NCBI GenBank assembly: GCA_949289855.1
Contig: CASEPS010000003.1
Location: 6,587-70,586, forward strand
Direction: 5' to 3'
DNA: 64,000 nt
DNA from: an uncultured Erysipelotrichaceae bacterium
Lineage (GTDB): Bacteria; Bacillota_I; Bacilli_A; Erysipelotrichales; Erysipelotrichaceae
Part shown: one piece after another, positions 9,494 to 20,600 of the stretch
Position numbering within the stretch: the stretch's first letter is position 1
Layout: every line of letters starts with the position of its first letter
Position numbers and translations under genes: made by a program
Notes under the pieces: generated by a model
What the model was told of the DNA's origin: nothing
Seen by the model: only the letters and a program-made list of their open reading frames with translations
The model's database searches: none

Positions 9494-9524
9494 AAGGACT
9501 TTAGTTTAACTAAAGTTCTTTTTT
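9494..9524 (+). terminator. Intrinsic terminator after fprA
   Basis: AAGGACTTTAGT-tta-ACTAAAGTTCTT plus T-run. Confidence 0.75.
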
Positions 9525-9613
9525 GGACAAATATGAGAGTATGTGAATAGAAGTTTGCGTACTCTCTTTTTCTTTTCTATGATGCTATAATAGAGTACGG
9601 AATCGAGGTATTT

Positions 9614-10042
9614 ATGACACTGATAAAACATGAAAAATCCTGTGGTGCTGTTATTCTCAATCGTATTACAGACAAACCAGAAGTGCTTCTGATCCGCCAA
9701 AAGCAGGGACACTGGTGTTTTCCAAAAGGACATGTGGAAGATGGGGAAAGCGAACATGATACCGCAAAGAGGGAAGTAAAAGAAGAAACCGGCTATGATA
9801 TTTCTTTCATTGATGGTTTCCGTGAGAAGACGATGTATTCTCCAAAAGAAGACGTAGAAAAGGAAGTGGTATATTTCCTTGCCTGCAAGAGTGGTGGAGA
9901 AGCCAAAGTACAGGAAGAAGAAGTCAGTGAAATGAGATGGGTATCATTGATCGATGCTTCAGCTTTGATGACATATGATAATGATGCGGATATATTGCGC
10001 AGGGCAGTTTATGTCATCCGTCATCTTGGCAGCGAGGAATGA
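9614..10042 (+). CDS. NUDIX hydrolase, Ap4A hydrolase-like
   Basis: EKSCGAV and HWCFPKGHVEDGESEHDTAKREVKEETG Nudix box; TG-C-TATAAT promoter upstream. Confidence 0.88.
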   Translation: MTLIKHEKSCGAVILNRITDKPEVLLIRQKQGHWCFPKGHVEDGESEHDTAKREVKEETGYDISFIDGFREKTMYSPKEDVEKEVVYFLACKSGGEAKVQEEEVSEMRWVSLIDASALMTYDNDADILRRAVYVIRHLGSEE

Positions 10043-10866
10043 TGAAAATCCGTTTTCGTAACATACATGCGGCAGATCTGCCGCATTTTATGGATGTGCT
10101 GGAATTGCAGATGGATGGTAGTCCGGTATGTTTTGTTCATATTGAACACAAGGATGATGCACTTGTTGTTTCTCTTGACACAAGTAATGTACCTTCCGAT
10201 TCTTTAAGAGATGTCGTCATGTGTCTGAGTGCACTATGCACTTCCCGCTACCATCCATCCCGTATCATCTATGAGCATCCGGATGCTGTATTGCGCAATG
10301 TTCTTTCCACAAACCTTTACTTTGAAAAAGGCAGAAAGATGGTCCGTATGATGGATCCCTGGCGCAGTATTGTCAAAGATGCGGCGTTTGATGAAGAAGG
10401 ATATATTATCAACCAGTCTCTGTTTTCTGCGATTCCTTTTGGTTATTTTGATACAAAGCGGAAAGGTTGTGGCTGGATTGCGGCCTATAATCTGATGAAG
10501 ATGTATGGATATGAACCCTTCATGCAGGAAACAGCAGAAGGATTGAATAAAGGTACATTTTTGCAGGGCACTCTTGGTGTCAATGTATTGCATTTGTACC
10601 GCTATCTGAAGCAAAGGAGACTGCCTGTCACATTGCATTGTGGAACTGTGAATCGTGTTCTGCAAGTAATGGAACAGTCTTCCATGGGCATTGTGCTCTA
10701 CTTTCATTCATCTGGTGCGCATTATGCAACATACCAGAAAGAAGAAGGTGGGTTGCTGCACTTTTATAACAGCAGGTATGGAAGGCGCAATGACTGTCTT
10801 TCACCAGCCTCTTTTTTCAAAGAGCGTGCAAAGCTTCCTGTTGCGTATGTTATTGTCATCCCGTAA
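10039..10866 (+). CDS. Hypothetical protein with C-terminal papain-like (peptidase C39-like) domain
   Basis: 275 aa; NQS...GCGWIAAYN Cys motif and AHYATY His motif; unassigned N-terminal ~110 aa; overlaps the NUDIX stop. Confidence 0.6.
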   Translation: MMKIRFRNIHAADLPHFMDVLELQMDGSPVCFVHIEHKDDALVVSLDTSNVPSDSLRDVVMCLSALCTSRYHPSRIIYEHPDAVLRNVLSTNLYFEKGRKMVRMMDPWRSIVKDAAFDEEGYIINQSLFSAIPFGYFDTKRKGCGWIAAYNLMKMYGYEPFMQETAEGLNKGTFLQGTLGVNVLHLYRYLKQRRLPVTLHCGTVNRVLQVMEQSSMGIVLYFHSSGAHYATYQKEEGGLLHFYNSRYGRRNDCLSPASFFKERAKLPVAYVIVIP

Positions 10867-10893
10867 AAACTCGGGTATACTTTGGCGCGGGTT

Positions 10894-11169
10894 ATGATTA
10901 ATACTATTGTGAATCTCTCTGAAATTGAATATGAACCATGTGATCCTGGAATGCTATTGGAAAGCATCAGGAAACGGGGTGTTGCCATACCGGTAGAAGT
11001 GAATCGCAAAGATGGAGGCTATGTGTGCATTGATGGCAGAAAACGGCTTTCTGCCTGTGCCATACTTGCCAAAAGCGATGTGCGGTTTGCCCGCATTCCG
11101 GTTGTGCTCATGAATGATTATTCACATGCTGGCAGCGCATTCTGGGGAAATACCCAGAATCACCACTGA
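10894..11169 (+). CDS. Small ParB/Sulfiredoxin N-terminal domain protein
   Basis: LLESIRKRGVAIPVEV...YVCIDGRKRLSA...IPVVL fits the ParB/Srx motif; no HTH; ATG 10894 preferred over the TTG at 10882. Confidence 0.7.
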   Translation: MINTIVNLSEIEYEPCDPGMLLESIRKRGVAIPVEVNRKDGGYVCIDGRKRLSACAILAKSDVRFARIPVVLMNDYSHAGSAFWGNTQNHH

Positions 11170-11181
11170 AAGGAGTAAAGG

Positions 11182-11928
11182 ATGGAAAGACTGCAAAAAG
11201 TTATGGCAGAAGCAGGTATTGCTTCACGCCGCAAGTCTGAGGAATTGATCAAAGCAGGACGGGTGAAAGTCAATGGCGTCACGATCAAAGAAATGGGCTT
11301 TAAAGTATCGAAAGATGATGAAATAGTCGTTGATGGACATAAAATAGAAAAAGAACAGAAGGTTTACTACCTTCTGAACAAACCAAAGCAGTGTATTTCT
11401 GCAGTCAGGGATGATAAGGGCAGAAGAACAGTGATGGACTGCTTTGGACCGATGAAGGAAAGAATTTTCCCGGTTGGAAGACTTGACTATGAAACAACAG
11501 GTCTTTTGGTGATGACCAATGATGGTGAGTTTGCCAATGCGATGATGCATCCAAAGTTCCATCTGCCAAAGACATATGAAGTGGCTGTTAATGGTGTATT
11601 GAGTGATCAGATGTTGAGGATGCTGTCACGTGGCATAAAGCTCAATGATGGTATGACATTGCCATGTGATATTGAGCTTGTTTCCCGTCTTGAAGGAAAG
11701 AAAAAGACCGTGATACGCATCACGATCTATGAAGGCAGAAACAGGGAAATCCGCCGTATGATGGAATACTTCCATTGTGAGGTGACAAGGCTGAACCGCA
11801 TCGGTTACGGCTTCCTTGAAATCGGCAATCTGAGACAGGGGCAGTACCGCAAGCTGCGTATGTTTGAAGTGCGCAAACTGCTCAATATGGTCAGTCATCA
11901 GAGCGATATGCCAAGTTCTGAAAGCTGA
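11182..11928 (+). CDS. rluB: 23S rRNA pseudouridine synthase RluB (RsuA family)
   Basis: S4 domain ERLQKVMAEAGIASRR; PVGRLDYETTGL; EGRNREIRRM. Confidence 0.93.
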   Translation: MERLQKVMAEAGIASRRKSEELIKAGRVKVNGVTIKEMGFKVSKDDEIVVDGHKIEKEQKVYYLLNKPKQCISAVRDDKGRRTVMDCFGPMKERIFPVGRLDYETTGLLVMTNDGEFANAMMHPKFHLPKTYEVAVNGVLSDQMLRMLSRGIKLNDGMTLPCDIELVSRLEGKKKTVIRITIYEGRNREIRRMMEYFHCEVTRLNRIGYGFLEIGNLRQGQYRKLRMFEVRKLLNMVSHQSDMPSSES

Positions 11929-13544
11929 TCATCATCAGGATCAATATAGATCGTGTGATAATTTGTCAATTGTACCATTCCGGGTTTTGCGCCCGGAATT
12001 TTTTTGAGCTGTCTCACTTTACAGTAGTTGACAGGTACACTTGAAGAATTTCTTCCCTTGGAATAGTAAGCAGCAATGTTTGCACCAATGCGCATTGTCT
12101 CTTCGTCCGGGTTTTCATCATGAATGACAACATGGGCACCATGGTAATCCTTGGCGTGCATCCAGACTTCTTCCTTGCGGGCGGTATGCCATGTTAATGC
12201 ATCATTCTGCATATTGTTTCTGCCCCAGCTGATCCGGATTCCGGAAGGGGTAGTCACTTCAGATATATGCAGTTTTTCTTCTTTACCTTTTTTCCGTTTT
12301 CCCTTATGTGTCTTTGCTTTGAGATAACCGAGTTTTTCCAGTTCTTTTTCAATTTCCTTTGCGGTTTCTACATCTGCCTGGTCAAGCTGTTCCAAGAGTC
12401 CTGTAAAGTAATCGATTTCCTTTTCACAGATGGCAATCTGTTCCTTCATGTACTGCTGACCCTTTTTGAGCTTGTTATAACGGATAAAGCATCGCTTGGC
12501 ATTTGTTGTTCCATCAAAGCGCTCATCGAGAGGGACTTTGATCATTTCACCGGTCTCATAATCTTCCAGCTCAATTTCCTGCATACCCTTGGTGTCACAT
12601 ACATTCCATGTATAGAGCAGGTCTCCATACTTCTTCCATTTGTCACAATCCAGGGCATTATCATATTCCTTATAGAGGCGTGGCAGCTTCTGAGATTCAT
12701 GTTTGAGACTTCTCTTGCAGAAATGTACAAGGTCACCGCTCATCATCCGGATTCTCTCTTTTTCTTCCCGATGGTAGTAAAGGATGTCAAACGCTTCAAA
12801 CAATGGATAACTCTTGCATCTGCCAACATGTGTCAGCTCAATGCAATGGAACACAGGCTTGTCTTCATCATTTGCAATATACAGTTTATCAGAAGCATCC
12901 ATTTCTTCCATGATGGACGCAAAGGACTGTCCATGATGCATGCGGTATTCTACTTCTCTTGAAAGAAATGGAGAGAAACCACCAAACTGGGCAGTCAGAG
13001 ACTTGTTGGGATCTACTGTTTTCTCAACAAAAGGATCTTTCTTATGCTGTGGGTCAACTTCTGTAAATTGTGCACCTGCCTGGATGGTTCTACGGTTATT
13101 TTCAAAAGGGGGAATGCGCTTGAGCGCATCGATAATCCTTCCATCTGCACCAACCAGGATGATGTTTGCATAGTTGCCCATCAGTTCTACCACAAGACGC
13201 AACTTCTCCAGGTCACCGAGATTGTTTCTTCTGCGGATGGTGAATGTGCACCAGCGGTCAAGTTCTGCCTGCTGTACATCTTCAATAGAAGCACCTTCCA
13301 GGTGTTTGCGCAGAACCATGACAAAATTACCCGGTTCCATTGGCGCAGGGTAGCTTCGTTTTGTTAACAGCATCCGGTTATATACGGAATGACAGCTGAT
13401 CAATAACTGTTTTCTGCCATCAGCCCCATGGAGCTGAAACAGGATTTCCATTGGGGAAATTGCATATATTTTCTGAATTCTCGCTGGCAGTACTTCTCTT
13501 ATGCCTGCGGTTATTTTGTGTAATATAATTCCATCTAATGCCAT
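11898..13544 (-). CDS. rqcH: Ribosome quality-control factor RqcH (NFACT/FbpA)
   Basis: MALDG start, FVMVLRKHLEG, ELMGNYANIIL, WMHAKDYHGAHV and AAYYSKGRNSSSVPVNY motifs. Confidence 0.92.
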   Translation of the reverse strand: MALDGIILHKITAGIREVLPARIQKIYAISPMEILFQLHGADGRKQLLISCHSVYNRMLLTKRSYPAPMEPGNFVMVLRKHLEGASIEDVQQAELDRWCTFTIRRRNNLGDLEKLRLVVELMGNYANIILVGADGRIIDALKRIPPFENNRRTIQAGAQFTEVDPQHKKDPFVEKTVDPNKSLTAQFGGFSPFLSREVEYRMHHGQSFASIMEEMDASDKLYIANDEDKPVFHCIELTHVGRCKSYPLFEAFDILYYHREEKERIRMMSGDLVHFCKRSLKHESQKLPRLYKEYDNALDCDKWKKYGDLLYTWNVCDTKGMQEIELEDYETGEMIKVPLDERFDGTTNAKRCFIRYNKLKKGQQYMKEQIAICEKEIDYFTGLLEQLDQADVETAKEIEKELEKLGYLKAKTHKGKRKKGKEEKLHISEVTTPSGIRISWGRNNMQNDALTWHTARKEEVWMHAKDYHGAHVVIHDENPDEETMRIGANIAAYYSKGRNSSSVPVNYCKVRQLKKIPGAKPGMVQLTNYHTIYIDPDDDQLSELGISL

Positions 13545-13636
13545 ACAGACCTTCTTTCTGCACGATTATACCACATATGCTTTGCATTGACGGAAACACA
13601 AGAATTGAGTAACCTATTTGAAAAAGGAGTAACACT

Positions 13637-14218
13637 ATGGCAAAAGGTCTTTTGATTGTACTCAGCGGTCCTTCAGGTGTAGGCAAAGGGACAATTCTCA
13701 AACAGTTTATCAACGATCCTGATCTGAACCTTGGTCTCAGCATTTCCATGACAACAAGGAAGATGCGCGAAGGGGAAAAGGACGGTGTGAATTACTATTT
13801 CGTTTCAAAGGAAGAATTCCTGCGCACACGTGATGAAGGCGGTCTTCTTGAATGGGCACAGTTTGTTGGCAACTACTATGGAACACCACTGAAAGAAGTA
13901 GAACGTCTGCGCAATGAAGGCAAGAATGTCCTGCTTGAAATTGAGGTGGAAGGCTGTAAGCAGATCAAGGAAAAAGTACCGGATGTTTTGACGATTTTTA
14001 TTGTTCCACCAAGCATGCAGGAACTTGAAAAGAGAATCCGTGGCAGGGGTACAGAAGCGGAAGAAGTAGTACAGCAGCGTCTTGCCAAGGCCGAAAAGGA
14101 ACTGGATATGATGCGGGAATACAAGTATTGCGTATGCAATGATGATGCACGCCTTGCGGCTGATATCATCCGTGCAATCATTCTGCGTCATATGGAGCTG
14201 AACAAGAATGAAGGTTGA
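13637..14218 (+). CDS. gmk: Guanylate kinase
   Basis: SGPSGVGKGT P-loop; TTRKMREGEKDGVNYYF; YYGTP. Confidence 0.96.
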   Translation: MAKGLLIVLSGPSGVGKGTILKQFINDPDLNLGLSISMTTRKMREGEKDGVNYYFVSKEEFLRTRDEGGLLEWAQFVGNYYGTPLKEVERLRNEGKNVLLEIEVEGCKQIKEKVPDVLTIFIVPPSMQELEKRIRGRGTEAEEVVQQRLAKAEKELDMMREYKYCVCNDDARLAADIIRAIILRHMELNKNEG

Positions 14219-14765
14219 TCTTACATTGCTTGTCACACCTGCGCTTGTAAAAGATGCTCAAAATAATGAGAAGAAAGCATTTACCGGTCATCTTGGTACG
14301 CATTTTGATGTGATGAACAAGACATTTCCGTTGGACTATACAGAACGAAAAGGCATTGTCTTTGATGTCAATCATATCAAAGACAGGGACATCGAGATTT
14401 CTGATATTGCGCTTGAACAAGCAGAAAAGGATATGTTTGTGGCGTTTCATACCGGTTTCATTGAAGAAACAGGGTATGGTACAAATACTTATTTCAAAGA
14501 ACATCCCCAACTGTCGGATGATCTGATCAAAGCCCTTGTCGAAAAGAAGGTATCCATCATCGGTGTGGATTGTGCAGGTGTACGAAGAGGCAAAGAACAT
14601 GTTGTGGCTGACCAGTATTGTGCAGACCATGGTGTGTTTGTGGTAGAAAATCTTTGTAATCTCAAAACATTGTTACAACATGGTCAAACATTTATGGCAC
14701 ATACCTATCCCATGCATTTTGCAGAGATGACGGGACTTCCCTGCCGTGTTGTTGCGGACATCTGA
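14208..14765 (+). CDS. Cyclase family metal-dependent hydrolase (kynurenine formamidase-like)
   Basis: HLGTHFD (HxGTHxD) motif; IIGVD; VVENLCNL. Confidence 0.82.
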   Translation: MKVDLTLLVTPALVKDAQNNEKKAFTGHLGTHFDVMNKTFPLDYTERKGIVFDVNHIKDRDIEISDIALEQAEKDMFVAFHTGFIEETGYGTNTYFKEHPQLSDDLIKALVEKKVSIIGVDCAGVRRGKEHVVADQYCADHGVFVVENLCNLKTLLQHGQTFMAHTYPMHFAEMTGLPCRVVADI

Positions 14766-14775
14766 ATTCATATAC

Positions 14776-14805
14776 ATGAGGCATCTATGAGGTGCCTCAT
14801 TTGTT
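14776..14805 (+). terminator. Intrinsic terminator
   Basis: ATGAGGCATC-tatga-GGTGCCTCAT followed by TTGTT. Confidence 0.7.
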
Positions 14806-14828
14806 AGTTTGCGGTATAATGCATACAT

Positions 14829-16832
14829 ATGGACCTCGCTGATAAAAGTCTGAAACTGACGAAAAAGAAAATTGAAGTGTTAAACAGGCTTGGTATTTAT
14901 GATACAGATGCTTTGCTTTCCTATTACCCGACCAGGTATGATGTGCTCAATACAGCACCGTATGAACAGTGGAAGGTAAAGGAACATGTGACCTTTGAAG
15001 GAGAACTTGTTTCCAGGGTCAGATCATTCCGCAAGGGAAAGCTTGTGACAAGCAGTTTTGAAGTGATGGTGGATGAACATGTGCTGCGCATAACCATCTT
15101 TAATCGTCCCTGGGCTTCAAAACTCAGAGAAGGTGACAGGATAACCATTACTGGTGTCTATATGGGCAAAGACAGGGTCACTGCCATGAATTATGATACA
15201 AAACCATTAACAGACCATCCTTTGATTACACCTGTCTATGCATTGCGTGCCGGCATTACACAGAAGATGGTGCGTGATGCGATCAGTCGTGTCTATGAAT
15301 CCTGTCAGAATGAAATACATGATATTGTGCCAGAGCCTTTCATTGCCCGCTATCGCCTCATGCGCAGGTTTGCGGCTATCCGGGCCGTACACTTTCCTTC
15401 AACCATGCAGGATGTCAAAGCTGCCTACAGGACATTGAAGTATGAAGAATTTCTGAAGTTCTTTACGGCAATGATATTACTGAAAAATGAGAATTCTACC
15501 GGGTTATATAAAGAGCCGCGCAGATTTGATGTACAAACGATCAAAGCAGCAGTAGACCGCCTTCCTTTTTCTTTCACAAAGGACCAGAGCACCGTGCTCA
15601 ATGAAATCCTTGCGGATATGAGCAGTAACCATGTGATGTACAGGCTGGTGCAGGGAGATGTCGGCTGTGGCAAGACAGCTGTGGCTGCTTTTGCGATGCT
15701 TGCCTGTGTCAATAGTGGTTACCAGGCAGCACTTCTTGCGCCAACAGAAATCCTTGCGAGACAGCACTATGAAAGTATCAGCTCCTTATTGAAAGGTGAA
15801 AACCTGCATATTGCCCTGCTGTACAGTGGGATGAGTGAAGCAGAAAAAGAAGAAGTGAAGCGTGGGCTGATGGAAGGAACGATTGATATCGTGACTGGTA
15901 CCCATGCATTGCTGGAAGAAGATGTGAGTTTCCAAAGGGTTGGACTTGTCATCGCAGATGAACAGCAGCGCTTTGGTGTAGAACAAAGAAGGGTATTGCG
16001 GGAAAAGGGTGTCATGTGTGATTTCTTATTGATGTCTGCTACACCAATTCCAAGAACCCTTGCTTCAACGGTCTTTGGTGATATGGATATTTCGACCATT
16101 GAAACAATGCCGGAAGGAAGAAAGATACCTGTTACCTGCTATATTGAAGAGAACAGTTTCCGTAGTGTGCTCGATGAAGTAAAGGCTTTGCTTGCCAAGG
16201 GAAGGCAGTTGTATATCATCTGTGCAGCAGTTGAAAAGAATGAAGAATTTCATGTACGCAATGTGGCAGAAGTCAAAGAGAATGTGCAGAAGCTTTTCCC
16301 AGAGTACAAGGTTGCCATGCTGTATGGAAAGATGAGTTCACAGGAAAAGCAGGACATCATGCGGGCATTTGCGGCTAATGAAGTGCAGATTCTTGTCAGT
16401 ACGACAGTTGTGGAAGTTGGTATGAATGTCGTCAATGCGACTGGCATGATTGTCTATGATGCGGACCGGTTTGGTCTTTCCCAGTTACATCAGCTGCGGG
16501 GCAGAATACAGCGTGGCAGTGAGAAGGGTTATTGCTGGCTGCTGAGTGATACGCGGGATGAAAAGAGCATGGAAAGACTGCGTGTTTTAGTAAAGACATG
16601 CAATGGCTTTGAGATTTCATATGAAGATTTACGACTTCGCGGTCCTGGTGATATACTTGGAACAAGGCAGAGCGGTCTGCCGGATTTTATCATTGGCAAC
16701 CTCGTCACTGATACTGCCATTATCAATACGGCAAGAAGTGATGCACAGATGATTGTGAATGATATGGAAAATAGTGCTTATAGTGCTTTGCTCGATGAAG
16801 CACAACGGAAAAATACTGCGTATACAGATTAA
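14829..16832 (+). CDS. recG: ATP-dependent DNA helicase RecG
   Basis: RLVQGDVGCGKT, APTEILARQH, DEQQRFG, MSATPIPRT, QLHQLRGRIQRG and DLRLRGPGDILG motifs. Confidence 0.97.
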   Translation: MDLADKSLKLTKKKIEVLNRLGIYDTDALLSYYPTRYDVLNTAPYEQWKVKEHVTFEGELVSRVRSFRKGKLVTSSFEVMVDEHVLRITIFNRPWASKLREGDRITITGVYMGKDRVTAMNYDTKPLTDHPLITPVYALRAGITQKMVRDAISRVYESCQNEIHDIVPEPFIARYRLMRRFAAIRAVHFPSTMQDVKAAYRTLKYEEFLKFFTAMILLKNENSTGLYKEPRRFDVQTIKAAVDRLPFSFTKDQSTVLNEILADMSSNHVMYRLVQGDVGCGKTAVAAFAMLACVNSGYQAALLAPTEILARQHYESISSLLKGENLHIALLYSGMSEAEKEEVKRGLMEGTIDIVTGTHALLEEDVSFQRVGLVIADEQQRFGVEQRRVLREKGVMCDFLLMSATPIPRTLASTVFGDMDISTIETMPEGRKIPVTCYIEENSFRSVLDEVKALLAKGRQLYIICAAVEKNEEFHVRNVAEVKENVQKLFPEYKVAMLYGKMSSQEKQDIMRAFAANEVQILVSTTVVEVGMNVVNATGMIVYDADRFGLSQLHQLRGRIQRGSEKGYCWLLSDTRDEKSMERLRVLVKTCNGFEISYEDLRLRGPGDILGTRQSGLPDFIIGNLVTDTAIINTARSDAQMIVNDMENSAYSALLDEAQRKNTAYTD

Positions 16833-16846
16833 GGGGGGAATCAGTC

Positions 16847-17521
16847 GTGGATATTACAGAATGGCTTTCAAACAGAGGGATTACAGTCAGAAATACGGAT
16901 CTTGTCCATCAGGCTTTTATGCATTCCTCTTATGCCAATGAACATCATGGCAAACATGATAATGAACGTCTTGAATTCATGGGAGATGCGGTTTTGCAGC
17001 TATGGAGCAGTAATGCCATCTGGCCACTCAATCTGTCGGAAGGACAGATGACAAGGCTCAGAAGCCAGCTTGTTTGTGAAAAAGCACTTGCCATGTATGC
17101 AAGAGAATTACATCTCAATGACTTTCTGCTGCTTGGTGCAGGGGAAGAAAAATCTGGTGGCAGAGAAAAGGATGCCATCATTGCGGATATGATGGAAGCC
17201 TTTCTTGGCGCATTGTTTCTCGACCAGGGTATTTCAGCAGTCGATAATATTCTGGATGAAGTGATCACACCACGCCTTGCCCATCCGGAAGATGTTGGTG
17301 TCATACATGATTACAAGACAAAGCTGCAGGAATATGTGCAGGCTGACAGCAGCCGTCAGGTACACTATGTCCTTGTCAAAGAAACAGGACCTGCCAACAG
17401 TCCGGAATTTGTCATGAACTGCATGATTGATGGTCTTGTCATGGGAACAGGAACCGGTTCAAGCAAAAAACAGGCAGAGCAGAATGCGGCTCGCAGTGCC
17501 TTTGCCAAATTGAGCCGTTAA
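16847..17521 (+). CDS. rnc: Ribonuclease III
   Basis: NERLEFMGDAVL signature; dsRBD DYKTKLQEYVQ; GTG start. Confidence 0.97.
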   Translation: MDITEWLSNRGITVRNTDLVHQAFMHSSYANEHHGKHDNERLEFMGDAVLQLWSSNAIWPLNLSEGQMTRLRSQLVCEKALAMYARELHLNDFLLLGAGEEKSGGREKDAIIADMMEAFLGALFLDQGISAVDNILDEVITPRLAHPEDVGVIHDYKTKLQEYVQADSSRQVHYVLVKETGPANSPEFVMNCMIDGLVMGTGTGSSKKQAEQNAARSAFAKLSR

Positions 17522-17542
17522 GTATTTTGTGAAAGACATGAT

Positions 17543-17572
17543 ACAGGGCAGGATAAACTGCCCTTGTTTTTC
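17543..17572 (+). terminator. Intrinsic terminator after rnc
   Basis: AGGGCAG-gataaa-CTGCCCT plus TGTTTTTC. Confidence 0.75.
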
Positions 17573-17607
17573 TTCTCTTATGGTACAATAGCGATTCGAG
17601 GTGTGTT

Positions 17608-20600
17608 ATGAGTGAATTATTGAAGGATATCGATCACGGAAAACTGGTAAATGAAGATCCGGTGCTTTGTGAAGCAGGCATTGAGGCATTGCGTTTTTAT
17701 CGTGCGGAGAACAGGCTTGACATTGAGCTGCATGTTCCAGAGCTTCTCAGCCGCAATTCCTATGAATATCTTTCTGACAGAATCAGTGATCTCACTGGTT
17801 CATCTGTTAATATACTCATCCATGCGGACCGTGCGGATTGTTCACTTGCAATGCTTTCTGCATATCTTGATTACTTTTTTGCGCGACACGGCACAATGCT
17901 TGCCGGCAAGGTATTTACCTATGACAGTGAAAAGCGGAAGATTGATTTCTTATGCATCTCACAAAATGAAGCAGACATTTCTTCTTCCTACCTTCCGGAA
18001 ATGCAGGAATTCCTCAATACTGTCGGTATTGGCGAAATGCATTTATCGTGTTCTTTGCAAAAGCAGGTACAGCAGGACATTCCGGATGTCATGTTAAATA
18101 TCATTCCGGAAGCACCAGCTCCTGCAGAAGCCAAACCAAAGAAGAAATACTACCGCCTCAAAGAAGAAGACTATGAAGTGATTGCATTGAAAGATGTCCA
18201 ATCCCCGATGAATGACATCCAGTTTGATGCGGATATCTTTTCATTAGAAGAAATTGAAACAAAGTCTGGCAAACTCATCCAGACCATGAAGGTCTATGAC
18301 GGTACAGATGCGATTCTCGTCAAGCGGTTTGAAGGCAGATCACTTGATCGGGAAACGATGCATGAAATCAGCAATGGTGACAGGGTGCGCATCTATGGGC
18401 GCATTGAAATGGACAATTTTGCAAGAGACCTCTGCGTGATGGCATCCGGTATCACAAAGCTGGAAAAACCTGCCATGCCGAAGGACAATGCGGAAAACAA
18501 GCGCATTGAGTGGCATATGCATACAAATATGTCAGAAATGGATGCGGTATGTGATGTCAAAACCGTCATCCAGTATGCCTATGACATTGGTCATGAAGGC
18601 ATAGTCATCACCGACCATGCGGATGTACAGTCCTTCAAAAAAGCATATGACCAGTGCCTTTCTGTCAGAAAGAAAGATCCGGACAGATCCTTCAAAGTCG
18701 GTTTTGGCTGTGAGATGAACATGGCCAATGACAGGCTGACCATTGTGCGCAATGCTACAGATGAGAAAATCGATGATTGTGAATATGTTTCCTTTGACCT
18801 TGAAACAACCGGTCTTTCCTGTTACTTTGACTCGATCATTGAATTTGGTGCGGTCAAAATCAAAAACAGTACGGTTGTGGACAGATTACAGATGTTCATC
18901 AAACCACCACATCCAATTCCTGCTTTTATCACCAATAAGACAAACATCACCAATGCCATGGTAGCTGACGCAAAGTCCTTTGCGGAATGTTGTGATGAAA
19001 TTGTCAACTGGATTGGAGATGCGGTACTTGTTGCCCATAATGCAACATTTGACTACTACTTCTTCAATGAGGAATTAAGAAAAATTGGCAAGCCGCCACT
19101 GACCAATACGGTCATCGATACACTGGACATGGCACGTGCCATTCTCAAGGACAAGCGTGCCTACAGACTTGGCAACATTTCCCGTTATTACCGGGTTGAA
19201 TACAATGAAGAAGTTGCCCACCGTGCTGACTATGATGCTGAGGCATTGGCTGGTGTGTTTATGTGCATGTTAACGGACGCAAGGGAAAAGTTTAACTGCG
19301 TTACCATCCGTGACCTTGATGAAAAGACACAGGACTTTGATGCCTATAAGAAGGTGAGAAAGTCACATATCTGTGTGGTTGCGAAAAACCATGATGGTAT
19401 CAAAGACCTGTATAAACTTGTGACAGAGTCCAATATCCGTACACTTGCCGTACTTGGCAAATCTGCCAAAGATGGCGCAGGGGATGTTGCGGCAGAACCA
19501 AGAATACTGCGTTCAACCCTTGCCTCTCATCGCAAGAATCTCCTGTTTGGTACAGCCTGCTACAACAGCGATGTATTTGAACTTGCCTGCAATGGGGATG
19601 ATGCGCGTCTTGAAGAGGCGATGTCCTTCTATGACTATGTTGAACTGCAGCCGCTATCCAACTTCTCTGTCTTCCTGGCCCTTGGCAATGTGCCATCTGT
19701 GGACAGACTCAAAGAAGTTATGAAACGCATTATCCGCATGGCTAAAAAACTCAATAAGCCAGTCATTGCGGATAGTGATGCACACTATTGCCGCAAAGAA
19801 GAAAAGATCTTCCGCGATGTGTATATCATGGCCCAGGGCGTAGGCGGGGTAGCTCATCCGCTCTATATCCGCGATGATGCATTGCGCTTCAAGACAAAGA
19901 ATCCCGAGCAGCATATCCGTTTTACCGATGAGATGAAACAGGAATTCGCATGGCTGGAAGACCCGGAACTCATTGATGAGATTGTTATCAAAAACCCGCA
20001 TAAACTGTTTGATGAACTGGAAGATTATCGTCCGGTGCCGGATGGAACCTTCCCACCAACGATTGAAGGTTCTGATGACAAGCTGAGAAAGATCTGTCAT
20101 GACACAGCTATGCGCATGTATGGCTTTGAAGGCAAAGTGCCAGAGATTGTTACGGAAAGACTGGATGGAGAGCTCGATAACATCATCCGCAATGGTTTTG
20201 GTGTGCACTACTACATTGCCCATCTGCTTGTCAAAAAGAGTAACGAAGATGGCTATGTTGTCGGCTCACGTGGTTCGGTAGGTTCTTCCTTTACTGCAAC
20301 GATGGCTGGTATTACAGAGGTCAATCCGCTTGAACCACATTACCTCTGCCCTGATTGCCACTATAGTGAATGGATCGATGATCCGGAAATCAAATCCGGT
20401 TTTGACCTGCCTGACAAGGTATGCCCACATTGTGGAGCCATCATGAAGGGCAATGGTCATAACATCCCATTCCAGACCTTCCTTGGCTTTAATGCGGACA
20501 AGGTACCGGATATCGATCTGAACTTCTCCAATGAATACCAGTGGCGTGCTCATGCCTTCATTCGTGAGATATTTGGTGAAAAACATGCTTTCCGTGCCGG

